DNA of 64,000 nucleotides from Felis catus (lineage: Eukaryota). Made by a program: the position numbers and the translations under genes. The stretch is taken from contig NC_058368.1 of assembly GCF_018350175.1 (NCBI RefSeq), positions 159,962,001-160,026,000 on the forward strand. The letters run 5' to 3'. Under the pieces are notes generated by a model, which saw nothing but the letters and a program-made list of their open reading frames with translations, had not been told where the DNA came from and ran no database searches. Below, in pieces: positions 1 to 12,117 of the stretch; the stretch's first letter is position 1, and each line of letters starts with the position of its first letter.

Positions 1-463
1 TTTTTACAAAAGATTTTTAGCCGAAGGGCAGCAGAAGCTTCTATTAGTGTCAATTTGGAGAAAGTAAGATATAAATTTGGAAGTGTCTTTACTCGAAGTG
101 TAGGAATAATTCACTGTATGACCTTTAAACACTGTGGATCTGTGTATATAAATATCGGTCTCTGACTTAAAACAGAGACAGGCCAGATTCTACTATTTAG
201 TGGTTGTATGATCCAAGAGACAAGCTCAATAACCACTTTGAGACATGATTTTTCTTTCCAATAAAGTAGAGATGACAGCAGGATCTTACATAATAGATTA
301 GAATTACTTGACATATTAACTATAAAGAATTAAATAAGACAACATCTATCAAGCATTCAGTACAATGCTTCATCCATGGGTAGCTTAATCCTTTTAGGTA
401 TTCTCCTCCGCTTTCAAAGACCTTACAAATCAAAGCACTATGCCAAACTCGTTGCATGTAAGT

Positions 464-653
464 CAGCAGTTGGCAAACTTTTCCTGTAAAGACTCACATG
501 AAGTATTTTAGCTTGTGCAGACAAATGTGTGGTGACCTGTGCTGCATATTCTTTGGTTTTTACACTCACTAAAAATGTAAACAATATTCTTAATTCAAAG
601 GTCATAAAAAATAAACCAGATCTGACCCACAGGATGTAGTCTGCTGACCCCTG
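464..653. mobile_element. MER58-like hAT DNA transposon (MITE)
   Basis: Ends CAGCAGTTGGCAAACT...TGCTGACCCCTG resemble MER58 terminal inverted repeats. Confidence 0.65.
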
Positions 654-671
654 ATTTAAATTATCTTCTCA

Positions 672-830
<159 letters not shown>

Positions 831-1159
831 CTATCAAGAAATTTTAAAGATAATTTTAAGATAATCATTATGAAAAGTATACTTGTACTTGAATATCTAA
901 AATAAAATCTGCTCAAAATACACAAAAAACAATGTGTATGTTTATGTAATAAAATCATTTTAATTATTTTATTTAAATTTTCATTAAAAATCATTTTATT
1001 CTTAACAATGCCTAACAAGCTGCACTAATCTTACTTATAAATAAAATGTAAATGCCACAGCATATCAAAACGTACAAAAAAATAGCAGATATATTTTTCT
1101 TACACATTTTCCACTAAAGGAAGTTCTCATTTAACAAAACATAAGTGATTAATTCATTT

Positions 1160-1330
1160 AATAACATGGCATTTATGGATGAAATGATATTCAGGTTTGC
1201 TTCACAATATCTGGGAGGAAACAAAACTGGCAATGCATTAAAACTGTGAAGCTGGAGATGAGTAACATGGAGGTTTATTATACTCTTCTGTCTGCTTTCA
1301 TGTGTATCTGAAATTTTCCACAACAAATTA
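1160..1330 (+). mobile_element. Ancient L1M (L1ME/MC-like) 3' end fragment
   Basis: Motif GAAGCTGGAGATGAGTAACATGGAGGTTTATTATACTC...GAAATTTTCCACAA. Confidence 0.55.
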
Positions 1331-1491
1331 GGAGAAAAAATTATTTCATAAAGTAACACTCAACTGAAAACTGACTTTTAGTATTCAGCCAATTAAACAC
1401 GTATTGAGCACTTACTTGTGGCAAGTTTTACTCTAAAAATTAAGACTACAAAGACACATACAATACCTATCCTGAAAGACAAGTATATCTA

Positions 1492-1758
<267 letters not shown>

Positions 1759-2493
1759 TTACGTATGCAATAAAGATTCAAATTTGTAAAGAAACTTTTT
1801 TACATAACCTATGTACAAATTTATATGAATAGTTAAAATAAATCTGACAGGTATACAAACAATACACCACTTTTATTACCTATAAATAATAAATGTAAAT
1901 AAAGGCCTTTGTAATAGTTTAAGTGGACAAAGTTTACCATTTTAGTACAAAAGAAGCTTAAAGATTAACGTATTATTTTTAATCAGTTATGCAGCCAAGA
2001 ACACAATCTACAAGTGATAGAGTCCAGACATATAAATAAGTAAAAAAATTAGCAGAAAGAAAATATACAGCAGGATAAACTATAGCTACAGTAAAATTTA
2101 AATACAAAAAATCTGCACCCTAGGGTTACCTATATTGCCAAGAATAGAACAAGAAACACAGGGCGGGGCCGGGGTGGGGGGGGGGGCAGGGGAAGAGGCC
2201 TAAATATTAGAAATAACTAGAAGAGAAAGAGTCCAGGACTGTAGGATAGAAATATATATATGTATGCTGATTTTAAGTTCAATATGGAGTGCTGCAGCAA
2301 ACAGGTTAAACCTCAAACTCCACTGGATCTTCTTCTTAGTATATAATAAGTATTATTTATATACTAAGGAAATTTGAAAACCTGCATATAAAAACCAGTC
2401 TTTATCCTTCATGTTGGTGGAAATCTTTTCCAAATCCTCTACTTGTAAAATTCGTATGCTCTCAAATTAAACAGATAATTCAAAATATACTTA

Positions 2494-2640
<147 letters not shown>

Positions 2641-3190
2641 TTAATAAGAACCATTAAATGTGGGAAATTATTTTAAAACATGAAAATCTCAGCTTTTACC
2701 ATAAATTTTGACATTTCATCTCAAATCATCAAAATCAGAAATTCCATGACTCAAGATGTATCTCAGGATTCATCGAAAGACTGTTTTCTATTACTATAAT
2801 AAAGTATAGTGAAATATTTTGCCCTTTTTGGACAAAAAATGATAGAAGTAAGTTCTGGCTGAAATACCTGGGGCCTCACATAGTTCACAAACAAAACCTA
2901 TGTTAAATTCATTCAATTAACTGCTGCTGCAGCCCTGACCCAGAAATAAACCATACAACTGGCTTAAATTTCTGATTTCTTAATTACCATTATCAACTTA
3001 ATTCAATCTTGTAATAAGAAAACAAGTTTTACTAGCATATAGATCCTCAAAACTATTGCTAATAATCACTTTAAGTATAAACATCCTATATTAAAGCAAG
3101 GTAATCTTAGGTACTAACTTTTTTCCTATGGGTACATCCTTCTTTTTCTTTCCTACCTTCAAAGAAAATACTCCCGATCTTTTAAACCAA

Positions 3191-3207
3191 GTATGTATGT
3201 ATGTATG

Positions 3208-3292
<85 letters not shown>
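3191..3292. repeat. Compound microsatellite (TATG)n(TA)n(CA)n
   Basis: Directly visible in intron 10. Confidence 0.97.
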
Positions 3293-3294
<2 letters not shown>

Positions 3295-3581
3295 ACACCT
3301 ATTTTTCAGGAAATTTTCCTATTTGGTCTCCCCAAGCCACTCCTCACAACACCACCACCAATTTATCATCTTACTGACGTAGTTTCACTCACCAGGGCCA
3401 AAAGACAGTGCCACATCTAAGACCACATATCAATTACAGGAACACCATTTCCTATAAGACCTACCAACCAAGCAGTTCTCTCTCTCTTAGCCTATCTGAA
3501 ATCAGGCAGGATCCATTCTTTATTTGAGCTTGTAATATTTTTATGATGCATAAATACTATTCTCAACAATTACAAATTTCA

Positions 3582-3797
<216 letters not shown>

Positions 3798-3995
3798 TTA
3801 TTTTTACAATGAATTTTATCCAAGGACTAATTTTTGGTAAAACACCACCACAAGCAAAAATTAGCCATCTGGTTTATACTACCCTATTACAGTAAGACTA
3901 AGCTACTGTATTTGCTGTATAAATAGTAAATTTATTTATTTTTTCTGATTTCAAGCATGGAAAGATAAAAGTTTAATTAGAATCATTTATTACTA

Positions 3996-4106
<111 letters not shown>

Positions 4107-4550
4107 TTATTTTAATCCAGAATTAGACTTAAAAATCTCCTCTAAATAACCCATTCCCCCCCACACTCTCTATAGCACAAAATCTCCCATTTTGCCACTC
4201 ATCTAAATATGACTCAGTTGAATAAGGAAGTAATTGAAATAGAAATAAAGTGAAGCATCATTAATTTTTAATTTTAAAAATGTGTAAGCTATATTTACAT
4301 TATATATTATATTTACATTACATGCATATATATGTACATTATATATGACACACATTCTACATGACCGTCACCAAGGAGAAATTTAGATATGGCTGTTTCT
4401 AAAACGTTTTACCTTGAGATGCAATAAAATAAGTCTATAAATAATTATTTTAGGTTATTACTGGATTCTTGACTATGTATTCCTTATTAACAAAACTTTA
4501 GTAATAACCTTTGAACTGCTAAAAAATTAAGTGTAATATAAAACACTTAC

Positions 4551-4776
4551 CATCTTTTTGTCTCCTGATCTTTTTTCTTATAATTATCCAATTTTTTCAT
4601 TCCTCTAACATTCTGCTGCTTAAGGGTTTCTTCTGTCTCCCAAGTATTGTGGATATGGGACCATCCTTTCCATTTAATTAAATACTGGATCTCTCCTGGT
4701 TCCTTGTTTTTTTCAAATCCTGCATTTGGGTCACCATCTGCTTCAACTGCATAGATGGTTGTAGTAGCACCAGTAG
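4551..4776 (-). CDS. CHD1: CHD1 exon 8, chromodomain 1 ([17 protein letters not shown])
   Basis: ORF track 4547..4804; CAG acceptor, GTAAGT donor; 226 nt. Confidence 0.98.
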
Positions 4777-4867
4777 CTGAAAAAGAAAGCACAATACATT
4801 CCATATAATTCAGTTATAAGCTTATTTCCTTCAACTCAAAAATTCAATATAAATAGAAAAATATATT

Positions 4868-5155
4868 CTTTTTTTTTATTTTATTTTGTTAACGTTTTTC
4901 TTTTAATGTTTGTTAATTTTTGAGAGAGACACAGCACAAGCAAGGGAGGGGCAGAGAGGTAGAAACACAGAATATGAAGCAGGCTCCAGGCTCTGAGCTG
5001 TCAGCACAGAGCCCGACGTGGGGCTCAAACCCATGAACCGTGAGATCATGACCTGAGCCAAAGTCGGACACTTAACCGACTGAGCCACCCACATGCCTCA
5101 CCATTATCTGGTGCCGAGGTCTGTAGCCCAACCGACTGAACCACCCAGGCACTCC
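4868..5155 (-). mobile_element. Can-SINE (SINEC_Fc-like) with a second 5' head
   Basis: tRNA-like head GGTGGCTCAGTCGGTTAAG, CT-rich region and A tail; extra head at ~5129-5155. Confidence 0.9.
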
Positions 5156-5419
5156 AGTTCTCTTTTAAATAGGCAAAATATCAGGGTACAAGAATTTAAG
5201 TAAAATTGCATTATACATACATAAAAGAAACTCTGCATTTTAGAACAGAAATATATATTTTAATCTCAGTTTTAAAATTAGAAAAAAAACGGTTAAAAGT
5301 CAGTGACACACCTAAGATCATACAGCAATTTATAACAACTTATGACTGGAAGCCTGATAACTACAAATAAAATAATGAAAAATCATCTTTAAAAACTGCC
5401 ATGTCCAAAGTCATTATGT

Positions 5420-6112
5420 TGGAGATATCTACAGCCCTCATGTTCAATGCAGCTTTATTTATAATAGCCAAGACATAGAAACAACCTAAGTATCCATCAA
5501 CAGGCAAAAAGATAAAGAAAATGTGATATACGTAAATATATATATAGATATAGATATATATCTATCTATATATATATATGATAGAATACTATTCAGCTAC
5601 AAAAAAGGAAATCCTGACATTTGCAACAATGTAGAACACCACTGAGGGCATTACTCCAAGTGAAATGTCAAAGACAAACACTGTATAATCTCACTTATAC
5701 ATGTAATTTAAATTTTCTATTTAATTTAATAGAAAAAGAGATCAGAACTGTAGTTAATAGAGGCAGCGAGTGGATGTAGGCTGGGAGGGCAACGGGGGGG
5801 GGGGGGGGATAATGATGTAGATGCATACAAACTTCCAGTTATAAGACAAATAAGTAAGTACTGGGGATATAAAATACAACATAATGACCATAGTTAACAC
5901 TGCTGTATGGTATATTTAAAAGCTGCTCAGAGAACAGATTCTAAATTATCATAACAAAATTCTTTTTCTTATTCTACCTATATGAAATGATGGATAAATA
6001 GAAACTAAACTTAATGCGGTAATCATTTTGCAACATATGTAAGTCATTATACTGTCCACCTTAAACTTATACAATGTTCTACGTCATATCTCAATAAAAC
6101 CGAAAAGAAAAA
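5420..6112 (+). mobile_element. LINE-1 3' end fragment (L1MA/MB-type 3' UTR)
   Basis: ATAATAGCCAAGACATAGAAACAACCTAAGTATCCATC...TCTCAATAAAA. Confidence 0.85.
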
Positions 6113-6449
6113 AGAATGCATGTCAAGATAACTAAAAATAACCTACATAAAAACATTTTGAAATAACCAAACCATTTGTAAAGTTGAAAGTACCTAAATA
6201 ACACCTATTATTTAGGTATAACAGAAAAACTCTGATACACAGGTTAAAATTTTTTCTAATTATCTGCAGTAAATCAAGTAAGGTCAAGTGAGGTTAAATG
6301 GATCATTTTGTGGGGAGAAAATACTCAGGCTAAGAAAAGTATAGTTTATAACAAGTAAAACAGAAGAAAAGCCACCCTCTTGACTTTCAAAACTGAAATA
6401 ACTTCAAGAAATACTTTATTTACTCTAGTAAATATCACTGAAATAATCA

Positions 6450-6866
<417 letters not shown>

Positions 6867-6875
6867 CTATACTTA

Positions 6876-7052
<177 letters not shown>

Positions 7053-7454
7053 TTATTTATCCTTATATTGTATAGCACATTTTACCTCTTATAAAAGTAC
7101 AAAAAAATCAAATAAATTATGTTTTAGTTAATATAAAACAAATTGCTGCTTTCATTTACACTAACATATTAAAATGTGTGTAGAATAAAAAAAATGCTGG
7201 AAAATATTCTCCATACAGTTCTCCTATAACTCCAGGGTTTTGTTAATCATTTAGTTATACCTCAATGAGTGGCAAATAAGTAAATGTTATTCTGATTACC
7301 ACTACGAATGAAAACATGGAAAGATAATTTAAAGAGTCACAGGGTTTAATTTTGAAAATCCTGTATAATTATACTTGCTCTCTCAAAAAAAAAAAAGATT
7401 CTAATCTCTTTCATTTTAATTTTCTGGAGACTGATTTTTAAAAATATACACTCT

Positions 7455-7641
7455 TGGCGCCTGGGTGGCTTAGTTGGTTAAGCATCGGACTTCAGCTCAG
7501 GTCACGATCTCATTGTCCATGGGTCTGAGCCCCACATTGGGCTCTGTGCTGACAGTGAGAAATCTTGGGATTCCCTCTCTCTGCCCCTTCCTCACGTATG
7601 CTCGCTTTCCCTCTCTCAAAATAAATAACTTAAAAAAAAAA
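7455..7641 (+). mobile_element. Can-SINE
   Basis: GGCGCCTGGGTGGCTTAG head and A tail; ATACACTC flanks both ends. Confidence 0.9.
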
Positions 7642-8747
7642 TACACTCAGAAACTTATTTTTAAATATATGTTCATAAAGAAACCTAAAATACACTCAGT
7701 ACAGAAAAACGTTCTATTGTTTCAAATTCCTCTTCCTCAGGTTCCTTAATAAAGAAAAAAAACTAGTGCATTTTAACCAACATTCAATTATTATCTTAGC
7801 CTTATTGCTAATTTGAGTCTATACTCAGTCTATTTAATTCTAGTAAACATGTAGAGAAAAATTAATGGATGTACACATTAATATTCTGCTATAATATCAA
7901 CTTCAAGTGGAAGATACACATTAAATTCTTATATATATGCCCTAACTAGTCTCACAGCTACTCTTCTACTCCACTGCTCTGTACCTCAAGCATCAATTAT
8001 GACTATGCTAAGGGTTCCATAAGCAAGCACATATGATAAAATCTGGTTCATGGTAAAACCATAACAGGGAAGTAATCCCTTTTTTATCTTGAGATCTTTT
8101 GAGAGTATGCACACTAGAAATAGCAACAGATAGGTAAAATATATGAAAATGTCTCCATATTTTTTATAATACACATTATGACCTTTATACCTAACCAAAC
8201 CTACCCATCATCCCAAATCACTAGTTTTAAAAATAGTCCTTGCCTGCACCTATGCCAAGTTTAGAAATTACTAACTCAGTGGAAGAGTTATAGAGCTGAT
8301 GAGACACAGTAGTTGAAAAGGTAAACTAGTAAACTTCTAGTAAACCAGTAGACAGATCTGAGGAAATTAGCCAGGATGTAACACAGCAATAAAGGGATAA
8401 AAAACATGATACAGTAAGATTTACACAGAAGATGGATGATCCAATAGATATCTACCACAGACACAATCCAGTAAAAAAGATATATATTAAAGTAGTACCA
8501 GGGATATTTACAAAATGAGAAAATGTCCAGGGATACAATGACTGGATTTTCAGAAACTAATAAAAGATAGGAATCCTCATGTTAAAGATGTATAACAGGA
8601 GTGAATAAAGTGGAACAAATAAATAACAAATCCAAAGGTAGATATACCAAAGTAAAACTGCAGGACAGCCAAGGAAAGTAGAAAAATAAGACACAGACAA
8701 TGGAACAGTATTTTTGACAAAACAAGGGAGAAAACAACTCAGACCAA

Positions 8748-8980
8748 GAGCACATGGATTGTTTAGTCAGTTGAGTGTCTGACTCTTGATTTTGGCTCAG
8801 GTCATGATCTCATGGTTCATGGGATTGAGCCCCACATCAGGCTCTGCATTCACAGAATGGAGCCTGCTTGGATTCTCTCTCTCCTTCTCTCTCCCTCTCT
8901 GCCCCTTACCTTCTCATGCATGTACATACACACTCTCTCAAAATAAATAAATAAACTTAAAAACAAAAAACAAAAAAAAC
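8748..8980 (+). mobile_element. Can-SINE
   Basis: Head, GGCTCAGGTCATGATCTC, CT tract and AAAT tail. Confidence 0.9.
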
Positions 8981-9236
8981 CCAGACCATCTAAATAAGTG
9001 AAAATCTGAAGTACTCAAACACGTTCCAGGTCAAGATCTTGAGGAAATTATAGTGAGTCTCTAAATGAGTTCTACAGGAAAGTAAATTTCATGTGCAGAT
9101 TAAAAGTAAGATAGCTATTAACATAAATTTAACAGAAATACCCACTATTCATCATCCACTGATCCTACATTTCTATGTAGGTTTCCCAAGTTATTAATAT
9201 TTTCTGATACTATGACTAGGTGGATCTCTCGAGTTT

Positions 9237-9447
9237 TGTTTTTTTTTAATGTTTATTTATTTTTGAGACAGAGACGGGGCATGAACAGGGGAGGGGCAGA
9301 CAGAGAGGGAGACACAGAATCTGAAGCAGGCTCCAGGCTCTGAGCGGTCAGCACAGAGCCCGACATGGCGGTCGAACTCATGGACCATGAGATCATGACC
9401 TGAGCCGAAGTCGGACGCTTTACCGACTGAGCCACCCAGGCGCCCCC
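9237..9447 (-). mobile_element. Young Can-SINE (SINEC_Fc) with perfect 15-bp TSD
   Basis: GGATCTCTCGAGTTT at 9222-9236 and 9448-9462; CpGs retained. Confidence 0.95.
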
Positions 9448-9697
9448 GGATCTCTCGAGTTTAAAAACACCCCTCTGGAGAGAGGGATCACAGACAATAA
9501 ACAAGTGGCACAAAAAAAATCTCAGGTCCTCACAGAAAGATAAATGTTATGGATTAATGGTTTAAATTAACCTAATAAAATGTCATGAGCCAAGAATTTA
9601 CAAAAGTCTACTTTTGGCAATAATTTTTCATAAAAGAAACACAAAATCAATAGGGTCTTCCTGATATGAAAATGATCAGTTGAACAAAATAACATAC

Positions 9698-9762
9698 TCT
9701 TTATGTTTTTTCCTTTTGACTTCATTTGATGAGTCATCAGAATCTTCACTGCTCGAAGAATC
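9698..9762 (-). CDS. CHD1: CHD1 exon 5, DSSSSEDSDDSSNEVKRKKHK(D)
   Basis: Manual translation; poly-pyrimidine TAG acceptor, GTATGT donor; 65 nt. Confidence 0.96.
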
Positions 9763-10083
9763 CTACAGAGAAAAAAAAAACCAGGGTTAATGTTATTAAT
9801 GATTAGAATTTGACCATATCAAATTTTTGCTTGTCATACTATTTAACATTCACTTTGCTAATAACACTAACTGTAAAGCTTTTTTCCCATGTTATATTTA
9901 TATCATTAGCACATAAAGTAATTAATAACATCTTTATTACAAATTTATAACAGCCACTGAAATTAAGAAACATTATAATCTACTATCTTTAGAGACCATT
10001 ATTGTTGCTTAGTATGGCCTTCAAAAGGAATTCTAATTGTTGGTATGTCAAATTTTGATTCAGTATTTTTCTTCCCCATTAGC

Positions 10084-10164
10084 TTTTTTTTCTTTTAATT
10101 TTTTTTTTTAACATTTATTTATTTTTGAGAGAAAGAGAGAGACACGGAACATGAGCCGAGGAGG

Positions 10165-10212
<48 letters not shown>

Positions 10213-10352
10213 AAGACAGACAGAATCTGAAGCAGGCTCCAGGCACTGAGCTGTCTGCACAGAGCATGATGCAGGGCTCAAACCCACCAGGCACAAGATC
10301 ATGACCTGAGCCAAAATCGGATGCTTAACCGACTGAGGCACCTAGGTGCCCC
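10084..10352 (-). mobile_element. Can-SINE with (GA)n expansion
   Basis: Reverse-strand head at ~10352, (GA)n, T tail. Confidence 0.92.
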
Positions 10353-10747
10353 TAGACAGCTTTTGATATAGTTCTTCCTAAATGTTTCCATGCAAATATG
10401 CAGGTGTGCTTTTGTGTGCATAGGAACTATACTGTTTAAAGCTGTAGCCTGTATTTTTAAAAACATATTGAGAATTCTGTTATTCAATATGAGTAACAAA
10501 TATGGTTTAACAAATGTGTATATCTGTGCACATAGTATTCACATTTAGTTTATTTCCAGTTTTGCTGTGATGCACAAATGCACATACACTTTCACTGGTT
10601 ATTTTGAATTAATTCCTAAAATTGGAATTATTGGATAACAGTATATTGATATTTCGAGGCTCTTGATACATATACTTAAACATAGTTATTTCCTTATCCT
10701 TTCAAAACATTTACTATTTCTAATAATTTCATAAATATCTACACCTA

Positions 10748-10921
<174 letters not shown>

Positions 10922-11862
10922 CTATCATAAAAAGAAATATGAACTAGTGAAGGATGAAGTTTTGAAAAAAATTTTAACAAGGTTAAATTACTGAAAATTT
11001 TCACTGCCTCCAAATAATAAATTCAGACTATTTTCCTTACATTATATGTAATATGGTATTATAGCAATTAAACTTCTGACCTTAGTTGCATATAAAAAAA
11101 CTTATGGTGTGCTGAGACAAACAATATTAATCAACATATTCTTTGGTGTGGAATACTATTTTCAAAAAACAATGTGACAATGTGACACCAGTGCTACTCA
11201 AAAAGTGCCTAGTTTTTTTAATTGATGTGAAGATGAAGAGCTTGTGTCAGAATGCAAATCAACTATGTCACTAAGCAGTTTCAGTTCAACGAACTTTTTA
11301 TTTATTAGATAGCAAGATTGCCTCCATAAAAGAAGTGCGTTAATGTATATCCTGGCCCAACCATCTTATCATGACTGGTACTCTAAGTAACACTTCTGTA
11401 TTCTATTATGAGGTATAGACAGGTTTTAGTAAATCTTACAGAAGCTTTGTTCAGAGGGACCCTTAGCCTACTCTACCAAGTATCTTCAAGGAAGCAAATC
11501 GATTAGATTCGCCTGCTATTAGCAACAAAGTATCTCCTTTGAAGATCTTGAAAGTAGAGATCAGACACACTGAGATTAACAGAAAGACCTCACAAAGCCT
11601 TTAATTTTTATCCATGAAACAATAAATATTTATGAAATTCAGTTTATGCCTTAGAAAGTTGTATTTGTGTGTTTATTTTGTACTTGCTTGACAGCTTCTC
11701 TTCCAAGCCAATTAACCATTTTTGAGATATTTAACCACAAGTTTAAGAATCACTGAAAGTAATTTCAATGTTGAAAATTAATGTTTTCTAAAAGCTAGAT
11801 TAAGAATGCTATAAACCAATGTTATAAATTTTCCCAAAGTAGTACAAGAAATCTACCTTTCA

Positions 11863-12117
<255 letters not shown>

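Noticed and set aside
3091..3420. ORFs with YIYIY/HTHT runs, and similarly 18715-19002 and 26758-26968
   Set aside because: Microsatellite translations.
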